A stretch of 64,000 bases of DNA from Candidatus Oxydemutatoraceae bacterium. GTDB lineage: Bacteria; Pseudomonadota; Gammaproteobacteria; Poriferisulfidales; Oxydemutatoraceae. The stretch lies in contig OZ243039.1 of NCBI GenBank assembly GCA_965212025.1, forward strand, positions 1,018,983 through 1,082,982, in the 5' to 3' direction. Below are positions 49,904 through 59,808 of this stretch, in pieces; within the stretch, counting starts at the first letter, position 1, and every line of letters starts with the position of its first letter. The translations under genes and the position numbers were made by a program. The notes under the pieces are model-generated. The model did not search any database and was not told the origin of the DNA. It was given only the letters and a program-made list of their open reading frames with translations.

Positions 49904-51244
49904 GTGAAAAACCCATTCGGAACTGACGGATTACGCGGCAAGGTCGGTCGCTATCCGATGACCCCGGACTTTGTTATGAAGCTCGGCTGGGCCATAGGCC
50001 GTGCCTTTACCACCCCGGACAGCAATATGGTTGTGATTGGCAAAGATACCCGGCTGTCCGGCTATATGTTTGAGTCAGCTCTGGAGGCCGGACTTTCGGC
50101 GGCCGGGGCGTCGGTTTTGTTGCTGGGTCCCTTGCCGACTCCCGGGGTTTCCTTTGTCACGAAAAAAGAAAAAGCGATTATGGGAATTGTGATTACGGCT
50201 TCCCACAATCCCTACGATGACAATGGCATCAAATTGTTTCGTGGGGACGGGCGCAAGCTTTCACACGAAAGCGAGGCATTGATCACAGAATGGCTCGAAA
50301 AACCCATACAGACCGTGGCATCCAATTCCCTTGGGCGAGCCTGGCGCGAGGATCGGGCTGCTGACATGTACGTCGACTACTGTCTGGAAGTTGCAGGAAA
50401 ACTGGATCTCAGTGGCATGAAACTGGTTTTGGATTGTGCGAATGGTTCTGCTTACAGTGTTGCCCCTCGGGTTTACCAGCGCCTGGGTTGTGAGCTGACC
50501 GTGATCGGTGGGCATCCGGACGGTCTGAACATCAACCGCAAGGTTGGCAGCATGCATCCACAGCAGTTGCAGCGTGTCGTGTGTGCCCAGGAAGCAGACA
50601 TGGGTCTGGCAGTGGATGGAGATGGTGATCGTTTGCTCATGGTGGACGATCGAGGAGAGTTGGTTGAAGGTGACGAGTTGCTGGCGATTATCGCCTGCCA
50701 CCGTCAGGAGACTGTCGGGCTTGATGGTGTTGTGGGAACTGAAATGAGCAGCGTGGGGTTGGAGCGGTCAATGGCTGAGCGTGGAGTTGCTTTTGAACGG
50801 GCTGCCGTTGGTGACCGGAACGTATCGCAGCTAATGGACAAGCTGGGCTGGAACCTTGGCGGTGAGAGTTCGGGACACATTATTTGTTTTGATAAAGTGG
50901 ACACCGGTGACGCCATCGTTGCCTCACTGGAATTGATGAAGGCGTTGCGGGACAGAAAGGCAAAACTGAGTGAGCTGAAAAAAGTCATGAAAAAGCTGCC
51001 TCAGGTCATGGTGAACATTCCCTTGAACGGAACGTTTGATGTTGGTAACGAGCTTTTGCAATCTTTGATATCCGAAGCGCGAGGGAGCCTTGGGGACACG
51101 GGGCGTGTACTGGTGCGCAAATCGGGTACTGAGCCATTGCTCAGAGTGCTGGTAGAAGCGGAGCTTTCTACAGATTGCGATTATTGGTGCAAGCGCATCA
51201 CGGATTGCATCAATGGTGCAAGTCAATCAGTAAAGTTCGGGTGA
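49904..51244 (+). CDS. glmM: Phosphoglucosamine mutase
   Basis: 446 aa with FGTDGLRG at the N-terminus and the active-site TASHNPYDDNGIK. GTG start. Confidence 0.95.
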   Translation: MKNPFGTDGLRGKVGRYPMTPDFVMKLGWAIGRAFTTPDSNMVVIGKDTRLSGYMFESALEAGLSAAGASVLLLGPLPTPGVSFVTKKEKAIMGIVITASHNPYDDNGIKLFRGDGRKLSHESEALITEWLEKPIQTVASNSLGRAWREDRAADMYVDYCLEVAGKLDLSGMKLVLDCANGSAYSVAPRVYQRLGCELTVIGGHPDGLNINRKVGSMHPQQLQRVVCAQEADMGLAVDGDGDRLLMVDDRGELVEGDELLAIIACHRQETVGLDGVVGTEMSSVGLERSMAERGVAFERAAVGDRNVSQLMDKLGWNLGGESSGHIICFDKVDTGDAIVASLELMKALRDRKAKLSELKKVMKKLPQVMVNIPLNGTFDVGNELLQSLISEARGSLGDTGRVLVRKSGTEPLLRVLVEAELSTDCDYWCKRITDCINGASQSVKFG

Positions 51245-52032
51245 ATCGTTTTCTGGTTATTGCCAACTGGAAGCAAAACGGCGAACGTGCCTCAAACCAG
51301 AAATTTCTGAGTACCGCGCTTGCGGCGGAACCTTGGGAGGGAATTGAGGTTATAGTTTGTCCCCCGCTCGTGTACATTGCACAGCTTTCCGCTGCTTTGG
51401 CAGAAAGCTTCATGGCACTTGGGAGCCAGCAGGTAAGCGACCAGCGCGGGGGTGCTTATACGGGGGAAGTATCCGCTGCCATGCTGGCCGATTTTGGCTG
51501 CAAGTGGGTGGTGGTCGGTCATTCGGAACGACGTTTGCATTATGGTGAGAATGAAGGACATATTGCCAGGAAGCTCCAGGCTGTGTGTGATTCCGGGATG
51601 ACTCCGGTTTTGTGTGTGGGAGAAACGCTGGAGCAGCACAGTTCCGGTGAGGCGATGGAAGCAGTCGATCGGCAGTTGCAGGTTTTACAAACGCTGTCCT
51701 CCAACAGCGAAGAAGAACAGGCGGGTGAGGTGGTAATCGCTTACGAACCAGTTTGGGCAATCGGCTCTGGACGGCTACCGACGCCAGACGATATCGAAGG
51801 CATGCATGGTTTTATCAAGTCTCGTTTGGAACAGTTGCCGGGAAAAAGGGGGCGAGAAAGCAGGGTAGCGTATGGCGGTAGCGTCAATTGTGCGACCGCG
51901 CCGGGTTTGCTGGCTTTGGATCATGTCGCCGGTGTTCTGGTGGGTGGCGCATCGTTGCAGGCGGATAGCTTTATCGAACTTTGTTCTCTGGCGGCGCAGA
52001 CCGTCTCCGGACGTGGTTCACGTACACAGTAA
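51241..52032 (+). CDS. tpiA: Triosephosphate isomerase
   Basis: The GTG at 51241 overlaps the glmM stop (GTGA) and gives VNRFLVIANWKQNG. Motifs VVGHSERR and AYEPVWAIGSG are present. The longer ORF from 51175 overlaps glmM. Confidence 0.9.
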   Translation: MNRFLVIANWKQNGERASNQKFLSTALAAEPWEGIEVIVCPPLVYIAQLSAALAESFMALGSQQVSDQRGGAYTGEVSAAMLADFGCKWVVVGHSERRLHYGENEGHIARKLQAVCDSGMTPVLCVGETLEQHSSGEAMEAVDRQLQVLQTLSSNSEEEQAGEVVIAYEPVWAIGSGRLPTPDDIEGMHGFIKSRLEQLPGKRGRESRVAYGGSVNCATAPGLLALDHVAGVLVGGASLQADSFIELCSLAAQTVSGRGSRTQ

Positions 52033-52051
52033 TTTTGCATAGGAGTATTTA

Positions 52052-52462
52052 GTGTTATACGGAGTTTTGGTTGGCATAGATGCCATTCTGGCTGTGATCC
52101 TGATCACGCTCATCCTGATCCAGAGGGGTCGGGGAGCGGAAGTCGGTGCTGCTTTTGGTGCTGGCGCGTCCGCGTCCATTTTTGGTGCGCGGGGCGTGGT
52201 GTCGTTTCTGACCAAACTGGTGGCAGTGCTTTCCGCGGTGTTTTTGCTGAATAGTCTGCTCTTGACTTATGTGGCGAATCGGGACTTTGTTTCCCAAAGC
52301 GTGGTCGAGAGAAGTGTTGAGGAAAGAAGTGAGATTGATCAGAAAATTGACGCCGAAATAGAATCACTACACCCGGAAGTAGCCCCTGATGCTAATGTAA
52401 CTGCGACAGATAAGGATGTTTTTGGTTCGGCACCATCCACGGTTCCCGAGGTTCCTGATTGA
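52052..52462 (+). CDS. secG: Preprotein translocase subunit SecG
   Basis: 136 aa: LITLILIQRGRGAEVGAAFGAGASASIFGARG is the typical SecG core. AGGAG lies 7 nt upstream of the GTG start. Confidence 0.85.
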   Translation: MLYGVLVGIDAILAVILITLILIQRGRGAEVGAAFGAGASASIFGARGVVSFLTKLVAVLSAVFLLNSLLLTYVANRDFVSQSVVERSVEERSEIDQKIDAEIESLHPEVAPDANVTATDKDVFGSAPSTVPEVPD

Positions 52463-52466
52463 TGAA

Positions 52467-52551
52467 GCCGATGTGGTGGAATAGGTAGACACGCTGTCTT
52501 GAGGGGGCAGTGGCGAAAGTCGTGCCGGTTCGAGTCCGGCCATCGGCACCA
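52467..52551 (+). tRNA. leuU: tRNA-Leu (anticodon GAG), CCA encoded
   Basis: The 85-nt sequence folds as a class II tRNA. Acceptor stem GCCGATG/CATCGGC, anticodon stem CTGTC/GGCAG with loop TTGAGGG, a long variable arm, and T-arm GGTTCGAGTCC. The position right after secG matches E. coli. Confidence 0.9.
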
Positions 52552-52892
52552 GGTTCAGAAACGTGATTATGCGAAGTCAGGTGGGTAATCAGTCGTATTC
52601 ATCCATTTTCAGATTGTTTAATACCAGGAAGACGTACAGTCACTGGCATCCCTGCAACGAGCCTTTTACGAGCCTTTTGTGGAGCAAACCGGACTATTTA
52701 TATTCAGGCAATACCATTGGACGTAGCCTTGTTGCGCCCAATGCACGGCTTGTTTATTCTTTCCCTCCGGTAAGGCGTATTTTTCCTGAGGCGCGTTCCC
52801 GCGTATTTTGATGGCGCGTTGGAAAGGAAATCCCCAATGGCGTGAGTGCGTGAAAAGCATTTTCGCGATTTCACCACATAAGGATCAATGAC

Positions 52893-54362
52893 ATGCATGA
52901 ATTTCTAGAATTCTCAATTTGGGAATATTCGCTGATTATTTTTACCGTCGTACTGGTTTCCAAGCTGTGTAGCAAGAAAACACGCACTGTCGATGTGCTG
53001 TGGTTTATTGTGGCAGGAGCCATTCTCACGAACATCGGTCTGCTGCCGAGCCATGACCCATTTCTTGAGACCATTGGCGAGTGGGGAATCGTGTTCATCA
53101 TGTTCGCCTTGGGTCTCGAAGAGGATCTGGGGCGTTTCTCGCAGGGGTTGAAGCGATGCATGGGCATTGCTTTGATCGGTGCGTTATTTCCGTTTATGGC
53201 GGGCTACTTTACTGCCACCACGTTTGGTTACGACCACGGTCATGCCATGCTTTGGGGATTGACGATGACCGCAACTGCGGTCAGCCTGACCATGATGAGC
53301 CTGCGGGGCGACTTGATGCACCGGTCTACGGCGGCAACGGGAATTATGACAGCTGCCGTGGTGGACGACGTGCTAGCCCTTATTGGCGTCGCGATTCTGA
53401 TCCCAATCATTGTCGTAAGTTCTGCCGGTGACGGCACCGGTGCGATAAGTGTTGCGGGGGTTCTGTGGATCATCTTCAAAGTCGTCATCTTTTTTGCCAT
53501 CACTTTGTTCATGGGGCTGATCGCCTTTCCTGAGCACACTCCAAGGGAATTACCCCAGAACCCCAGCTTGTACCAGAAGCTCAATTACCGGGTCAGCCGG
53601 GTGATAGGCTTGGGAGCAAGACGGTTCTTAATGGTGCATAGCGGTGAGTTTACGCCGCTTATCATGCTTTTTATCGCAATGTTCCTTGGTGTTACGGCGC
53701 ATTTGCTCGGGTTCCATCCAGCCATCGGTGCCTACTTTGCCGGATTGTTTCTGCACTCCGACTATTTTGTGAACTCGAAAATCAGAAAGATTCGCAACGA
53801 GGAAGGAGAAATCATTGAGGAAGAAGTGAGGGATGACCAGTTCAGTAAGGCAAAACATGTGATTGAGCACTTGGCCTTCACGATTTTTGGCCCAATCTTT
53901 TTCGTTAACCTGGGTGGCAAACTGATATTTGACGTCGACGTGATGCTACAGGCACTGCCGGCGGTGTTTGTTCTCTATTTAGCGGTCGTCATTTTCCAGG
54001 TTCTCTCGGCCGGTTTGGCGGCGCGCTTTACAGGTGGGTACAAATGGCACGAGGGTGTGATGATTGGCTTGGGCATGCTTGGTCGGGCAGAATTGGCTTT
54101 TATCGTGATTGATATCGCTTTTGACGATCATGGGGTCATTGACACCACCCAATTCTATATCTTGATGATTACCGCGTTTTTGTTGAACATTACGGTGCCG
54201 CTTAGCCTCAAATGGTGGAAACCGTATTACCTGGGCTTCAAGCAGCTCAAGGTTTTTGGTATCAGTCTGTCCCGTCCGGAGCCGGCACCCGTTCCGTCTG
54301 ACATGCCTGACTACAGCGACATGATGGCCGCAGAGAGAGAGCGATATCTGAAAAAAGACTAG
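52893..54362 (+). CDS. Cation:proton antiporter (sodium/hydrogen exchanger family)
   Basis: 489-aa polytopic membrane protein with CPA-type composition and a soluble insert around aa 290-320. Confidence 0.75.
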   Translation: MHEFLEFSIWEYSLIIFTVVLVSKLCSKKTRTVDVLWFIVAGAILTNIGLLPSHDPFLETIGEWGIVFIMFALGLEEDLGRFSQGLKRCMGIALIGALFPFMAGYFTATTFGYDHGHAMLWGLTMTATAVSLTMMSLRGDLMHRSTAATGIMTAAVVDDVLALIGVAILIPIIVVSSAGDGTGAISVAGVLWIIFKVVIFFAITLFMGLIAFPEHTPRELPQNPSLYQKLNYRVSRVIGLGARRFLMVHSGEFTPLIMLFIAMFLGVTAHLLGFHPAIGAYFAGLFLHSDYFVNSKIRKIRNEEGEIIEEEVRDDQFSKAKHVIEHLAFTIFGPIFFVNLGGKLIFDVDVMLQALPAVFVLYLAVVIFQVLSAGLAARFTGGYKWHEGVMIGLGMLGRAELAFIVIDIAFDDHGVIDTTQFYILMITAFLLNITVPLSLKWWKPYYLGFKQLKVFGISLSRPEPAPVPSDMPDYSDMMAAERERYLKKD

Positions 54363-54478
54363 ATTGTCGTTCGGTGAGCCGAGCCGAAATCGGCTTTATC
54401 AGGTTATTTGACTCACCATAGCCAGATCTCCCGATTACGGGTGACCATGCCATGGTTGTGGAGCTTTCTCCGTCTTCC

Positions 54479-55681
54479 CTAGTTGTTTTCTGGCGTGGCT
54501 TTGACGCTTGCCTGGCGGAGTATTCCCCGATAGATCTCGCTGTCCCCGACTACCCCAACCATCTTGCCGTTATCAACAATCACGACTGGTGTTCCGGTCA
54601 GGTGGCGAATCTGTATCGCCTCATGCATGCGTAGCGTTTGAGGTGCGGTGACGACCATTTTGGATCCCAGAGAATCCAGATCCAAGTCGGGTGTGTAGGG
54701 AATGAGTTGCATCTCTTTTCCCTCAACCCGGACGTTGATGACATGCCCGTGATCGTCCAATAACACCCTGTTGTGGCCAGTCCAGTCCAGCAGGTGTTCG
54801 TCTCCTTCTTTTTCGAGTTTTTCCACACCGTTCATTAAGGTGCTACACCTGAGCACCTGCAGTGGGTTCATATTGGCGACGAAATCAGCGACGTATTGGC
54901 TGGCCGGCCGCAGCACAATCTCCTCTGGTTTGCCGTACTGGACGATGCGCCCGCCTTCCATGATGGCAATGTGCGTCCCGATTTTGATGGCTTCGTCCAA
55001 GTCGTGGCTGACAAAAACGATGGTCTTCTTGAGTGCGCTTTGCAGTTCCAGCAATTCGTCCTGGAGGTGACAGCGAATCAGTGGGTCAAGTGCGGAAAAT
55101 GGCTCGTCCATAAGCAATACTTCGGCATCGATGGCAAAGGCGCGCGCAAGTCCCACGCGCTGTTGCATGCCGCCAGAGAGCTCGTGGGCAAAATGGTCTT
55201 TCCAAGGTGACAGATCCACGAGCTTTAACTTTTCCTCCACAATCGCCTGGCGCTCTTTTTTCCCGACTCCGCGAAGTTCCAGCCCGAGGCCGACATTTTC
55301 TTCTACGGTACGCCATGGCAACAGACCAAAGTGCTGGAATACCATGGCGACCCGATTCATCCGGAACAGTCGCAAGGTTGCGGCGTCGCAGCTCGCCACA
55401 TCAATGGTTTCGTTCTTGGTGGTTACCAGCACTTCCCCGCGCGTGACCTTGTTGAGGCCATTGATGGCGCGTAGCAGGGTCGACTTTCCCGACCCGGAAA
55501 GACCCATAAGCACACAGATCTCCCCTGGTTCGATGGCCAGGGAACATTTTGAGACGCCCAGAATACTGCCAGTCTGCTCGTTGATTTCTTCGCGCGTCTT
55601 GCCAGCGTCGGCGAGCTGCAATCCAGTTTCCGTATCACCTCCGAACATGATGTTGACATCCTTGAATTCGACCGCAGCCAT
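54479..55681 (-). CDS. proV: Glycine betaine/proline betaine ABC transporter ATP-binding protein with tandem CBS domains
   Basis: Walker A GLSGSGKST, signature LSGGMQQRVGLARA, and Walker B LLMDEPFS. The ATG at 55681 (MAAVEFKDV) lies 2 nt after the proW stop; the longer ORF overlaps proW. Confidence 0.9.
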   Translation of the reverse strand: MAAVEFKDVNIMFGGDTETGLQLADAGKTREEINEQTGSILGVSKCSLAIEPGEICVLMGLSGSGKSTLLRAINGLNKVTRGEVLVTTKNETIDVASCDAATLRLFRMNRVAMVFQHFGLLPWRTVEENVGLGLELRGVGKKERQAIVEEKLKLVDLSPWKDHFAHELSGGMQQRVGLARAFAIDAEVLLMDEPFSALDPLIRCHLQDELLELQSALKKTIVFVSHDLDEAIKIGTHIAIMEGGRIVQYGKPEEIVLRPASQYVADFVANMNPLQVLRCSTLMNGVEKLEKEGDEHLLDWTGHNRVLLDDHGHVINVRVEGKEMQLIPYTPDLDLDSLGSKMVVTAPQTLRMHEAIQIRHLTGTPVVIVDNGKMVGVVGDSEIYRGILRQASVKATPENN

Positions 55682-55683
55682 GG

Positions 55684-56532
55684 TTATTGCCCCCTCTGCA
55701 TGGTTTCTCTTTGCCGGCAAATGCGATCCAGCAATATGGCAAGCACCACGATCGCGATTCCTGCCTCTACACCGTTTGCGACATTGACTGTGTTCAGTGC
55801 CCTGACAACCGGGCTACCCAGGCCGCCCGCACCAACCAGTGTTGCGATTACGACCATCGACAGAGACAGCATGATGCACTGCGTCACCCCCGCCATAATC
55901 GTAGGCATTGCGTGTGGAAGCTCAACTTTCCAAAGCAGTTGGCTACCTGTTGCCCCGAAGGACTCTGCTGCCTCCGTCAAGTTTTTGGGGACGGAGGAGA
56001 TGCCGAGGTGGGTCAACCGGATCGGAGCTGGAATGGCAAAGATCACGGTGGAGATGAGACCAGGAACCACGCCAAGGCCGAACAGAACCAAGGTTGGAAT
56101 CAGGTAGACGAAAGTCGGGATCGTCTGCATGAGGTCGAGAACCGGACGCAAAGCGGTCCATAGCCACGGCCGGTGGGCAGCGGCGATTCCAATGGGTACG
56201 CCGACCAATACGCAGAAGGTTGTCGCAAACACGATAAGGGCAAAGGTCTCAATCATCTCTTCCCAATACCCAAGGTTCAGGATTAGGAGGAGGGAAAGAA
56301 TGACCCCAATGGCCAGCGCCAACTTTCGGTGAAGCAAAAAAGCGAGGGCTGCCACTAGCAAGATCAGGAAAATGGGATTGGCAGAGAGCAGCAGATTGGT
56401 CAGTCCTTCCATTACCCATTGCAACGAGTCTGATATCAAGTCGAAAAACCAGGCGAAGTTGTTATCGATGAATTCGATAAAATTTTCAGCCCACTTTCCT
56501 ATGGGTATTTTGTGATTCACAATCCATTCCAT
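55684..56532 (-). CDS. proW: Glycine betaine/proline betaine ABC transporter permease
   Basis: 282 aa: KIPIGKWAENFIEFI...TLVLFGLGVVPG... This is the ProW/OpuAB type. Confidence 0.9.
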   Translation of the reverse strand: MEWIVNHKIPIGKWAENFIEFIDNNFAWFFDLISDSLQWVMEGLTNLLLSANPIFLILLVAALAFLLHRKLALAIGVILSLLLILNLGYWEEMIETFALIVFATTFCVLVGVPIGIAAAHRPWLWTALRPVLDLMQTIPTFVYLIPTLVLFGLGVVPGLISTVIFAIPAPIRLTHLGISSVPKNLTEAAESFGATGSQLLWKVELPHAMPTIMAGVTQCIMLSLSMVVIATLVGAGGLGSPVVRALNTVNVANGVEAGIAIVVLAILLDRICRQRETMQRGQ

Positions 56533-57108
56533 GACGTTCTCCTTTTTGATTAACTGAGGTGTGTCACCTCAAATTCCTTTTCTTTTATAGTGACGACCTG
56601 GCCGTGGGGTGCAGGGCTTAAAGGGGAACTGAATCCCGCCTCTTTTTGTCTGTGGCCAGAAGCGCCTGGTGTGACAGGATTCCGTTCACAAGAACGTCGT
56701 TGCCAACCTTTGTCCCGCTCCAGGAGGTCGTGAGCCAAGAATTTTTGGGCAGTCTTTTGGCCAGGTGGCAGCTGAACCTTGGATTTCCTTTCCCCAGAGC
56801 CGCTTTCACGCTCTCGTCTTCTCCAGGGCTACGCGTACGGGACAGCACTCGGCAAATGTCTGGTGCTCGGGTCGCCGTGCTCTTCGGCGAGACGGTCAAG
56901 GCAGCCAAGGCATTCGCCAAACCGTACTCCTTCCGCGAGTGACCTAAACAAATCATCCACAGGCCTTGCTCTTTCCGTTAAATGGACCCGCAGGGTTCAG
57001 TTTGCGAGCCATTGTTGCTCGGAACCTTTCGCTTATGTGGACGCGAACGGATGAGCAGCCTGGGAAAGAAGTTTTGCAGGTTTTGCTTCTCTCTGTTTGT
57101 GAACCAGT

Positions 57109-58074
57109 CTAAAGTCCCAAGTGTGTCCGGACTGCCGCCAAGCCGTCCTTGCCGTCTTTGCCATCAAAGGTTTTGACACCTTCAAGCCAGCCGTTCAGAG
57201 CGTCGGGATTGTCTTTTAGCCAGGTAGTGGCCGACTTTCCGGGTTCCCATCCCTTGTCCAGAATTCCTGCCATAACTTCATTTTCCATGGCCAGAGTGAA
57301 CGAAAGATTATTCAAAAAGCGCCCAACATTCGGGCACTCCTTCACGTAGCCCTTGCGGACGTTTGTGTAGACGGTTGCACCCCCGAAGTTCGGGCCGAAC
57401 CAATCGTCACCGCCTGTGAGGTAGACCATGTCGTAGTTTGCGTTCATTGGGTGTGGCTCCCAGCCGAGAAATACGATCCACATGCCTCGCCGCACGGAAC
57501 GTTTGACTTGTGACAGCATGCCTTGCTCGGAAGATTCAACGACTGAGAAATCTTTCAGTCCAAAGGCACCGCTATCAATCATTTCCTGGATCAGGCGATT
57601 GCCATCATTACCGGGTTCGATTGCGTGAATCTTGTTCTCGAGCTTTCCGCTAAACTTGGCAATGTCGGCAAAGTCACGGAGCCCAGCGTCCGCGACAAAC
57701 TTTGGGACGGCAAGGGTGTATTTGGCTCCCGCAAGGTTGGCTCGAAGGGTTTCGACAGACCCCTCATCACGATATTTGGCAATATCTCCTTCCATGGTTG
57801 GCATCCAGTTCCCCAGAAAGACGTCCACATCTTTGTTTTTGAGGCTGGCGTAGGTTACGGGAACCGCCAAAAAATGGCTTACGGGATCGTAGCCCAGCCC
57901 CTCCAGGATTGTCATGGCAATGGCGTTCGTAGACGTGATATCAGACCACCCGACATCCGAAAAAGTGACTTTTTTGCATGATTGCGGGTCACCTGCCAAC
58001 GCCAATTGCGTCATGGCGGCCAGTGCCATGGTGGCGATGACACACTGGAACCCTGGTTTTATGAATTTGAACAT
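57109..58074 (-). CDS. proX: Glycine betaine-binding periplasmic protein
   Basis: The ATG at 58074 (MFKFIKPG..., signal ending ALAG) is preceded by AAGGA. Motifs FSDVGWSDIT and GNWMPTMEGD are ProX-like. Confidence 0.85.
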   Translation of the reverse strand: MFKFIKPGFQCVIATMALAAMTQLALAGDPQSCKKVTFSDVGWSDITSTNAIAMTILEGLGYDPVSHFLAVPVTYASLKNKDVDVFLGNWMPTMEGDIAKYRDEGSVETLRANLAGAKYTLAVPKFVADAGLRDFADIAKFSGKLENKIHAIEPGNDGNRLIQEMIDSGAFGLKDFSVVESSEQGMLSQVKRSVRRGMWIVFLGWEPHPMNANYDMVYLTGGDDWFGPNFGGATVYTNVRKGYVKECPNVGRFLNNLSFTLAMENEVMAGILDKGWEPGKSATTWLKDNPDALNGWLEGVKTFDGKDGKDGLAAVRTHLGL

Positions 58075-58310
58075 GTTTCTCATCCTTGTTTGTAAAGATT
58101 TGTGCGCCAGACTTGTGCGCCCAACCTGAAAGCGCAAGACTAGCCAAAAGCAGCAGTAGAAGCAACATCTTAAGAACGCACTTGGGCTCTTGGCTCCTTG
58201 CAGAAGTGCCAGTTTTTTGGCCGCTTGCATCACCTCCAGGCAAAGTTTTTTGGCTTGCACGGGAATGAATCCGGTGTAACCATGCGAGTCACGGGGAAGG
58301 GGCTACCAGT

Positions 58311-59774
58311 ATGGAAAAATCGCATCCGCAAAGACTCTATATTGGCGGGCGCTACGTCGATAGCAGCTTGCCGCAAACGTTCGAGTCTGTAAATCCGGCA
58401 ACCGGAGAAACGATCTGTTCGCTCCAGGTCGCGTGTCCCGAAGACGTAGATCTTGCCGTTGCCTCTGCACAGGAAGGGTTTGAGATGTGGTCGCGCATGT
58501 CCGGCACGCAACGGGGTCGTGTTCTCATGGAAGCGGTTCGTTTGTTGCGTGCACGCAATCGCGAACTTGCCGAACTTGAGGTTCAGGATACCGGCAAACC
58601 CATTCGGGAAGCCGAAACGGTTGATGTGGTTACCGGGGCGGATTGCGTTGAGTACTTTGCCGGACTCGCGGCGAAGTTGGAAGGAAGTCATGCGGATCTG
58701 GGCAGTGCGTTCTTTTATACGCGCCGCGAACCACTCGGGGTGTGTGCGGGCATTGGAGCTTGGAACTACCCGATTCAGATTGCCTGCTGGAAGTCTGCGC
58801 CAGCTCTCGCGTGTGGAAACGCGATGATCTTCAAGCCCTCTGAAATGACGCCGTTGACGGCGCTGAAGCTGGCGGAGATCTATAGCGAGGCAGGACTGCC
58901 AGACGGTGTGTTCAATGTCGTGAACGGGTTTGGTGCAACGGGTGAGGCGCTCGCCAGCCATCCGGGAGTCGCGAAAATCTCTCTTACCGGATCAGTTGCC
59001 ACTGGCAAAAAGATCATGGCAATCGGTGCCAAAACCTTGAAACATATCACCTTGGAGTTGGGCGGCAAATCGCCCTTGATCATTTTTGAGGACGCGGATC
59101 TTGACCAGGCGGTTTCAGCTGCCATGACGGCAAATTTCTATACGCAGGGACAGATCTGCACCAATGGAACCAGGGTCTTTGTGCAGGAGGACATTCACGA
59201 CGACTTCATGAGGCGACTGATCGAGCGAACCCGCAAGATTCGCATCGGAGATCCCATGGATCCCGAAACGCAAATGGGCTCTCTGATCTCTCATAGGCAT
59301 TTGGACGTTGTGATGGGCTATGTTGAGGCTGGAAAGGCAGAAGGCGCCAAGCTGGTCAGCGGTGGTGAACGGGTGCATTCCCGGACTTTGTCAAGAGGTT
59401 TCTTTGTTGAGCCGACGATATTCGACTTTTGCACCGACGACATGACCATCGTGCGCGAAGAAATTTTCGGACCGGTCATGTCGGTGCTCACGTTTCGGAG
59501 CGAGGATGAGGTGGTGCCGCGCGCGAATCACACGGAGTTTGGTCTTGCTGCAGGTCTCTTTACGGGTGATCTGAAGAGAGCGCACCGGGTTGTCGCTCAG
59601 TTACAGGCGGGCGTTTGCTGGATCAACAACTACAACGTTACCCCGATTGAGATGCCCTTCGGTGGCTACAAAGAATCGGGCTATGGTCGCGAAAACGGTC
59701 TTGCTGCGATTGAGCATTACACGCAACTCAAGAGTGTTTATGTCGAAATGGGGACTGTGGAGTCGGCTTTCTGA
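58311..59774 (+). CDS. betB: Betaine-aldehyde dehydrogenase
   Basis: 487-aa ALDH fold with ELGGKSP and the catalytic region [10 protein letters not shown]. It is followed by betA. Confidence 0.92.
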   Translation: MEKSHPQRLYIGGRYVDSSLPQTFESVNPATGETICSLQVACPEDVDLAVASAQEGFEMWSRMSGTQRGRVLMEAVRLLRARNRELAELEVQDTGKPIREAETVDVVTGADCVEYFAGLAAKLEGSHADLGSAFFYTRREPLGVCAGIGAWNYPIQIACWKSAPALACGNAMIFKPSEMTPLTALKLAEIYSEAGLPDGVFNVVNGFGATGEALASHPGVAKISLTGSVATGKKIMAIGAKTLKHITLELGGKSPLIIFEDADLDQAVSAAMTANFYTQGQICTNGTRVFVQEDIHDDFMRRLIERTRKIRIGDPMDPETQMGSLISHRHLDVVMGYVEAGKAEGAKLVSGGERVHSRTLSRGFFVEPTIFDFCTDDMTIVREEIFGPVMSVLTFRSEDEVVPRANHTEFGLAAGLFTGDLKRAHRVVAQLQAGVCWINNYNVTPIEMPFGGYKESGYGRENGLAAIEHYTQLKSVYVEMGTVESAF

Positions 59775-59808
59775 AAGGGATGGTGTGGCAAGCGTGGCAA
59801 GCGTGGCA

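Noticed and set aside
54382-54400. Weak hairpin AGCCG-AAAT-CGGCT followed by TTATC after the antiporter gene, as a possible terminator
   Set aside because: The stem is only 5 bp and there is no proper U-tract. It is too weak to annotate.
56618-56956. 112-codon minus-strand ORF (and overlapping plus-strand ORFs) in the proX-proW gap
   Set aside because: No motif was recognised. Several mutually exclusive ORFs of similar length overlap here, which is typical of non-coding GC-normal DNA or a decayed gene. It is reported only as an unexplained spacer.
58230-58961. 243-codon minus-strand ORF
   Set aside because: It is antisense to betB, and its composition (R/P/H-rich) is typical of shadow frames.
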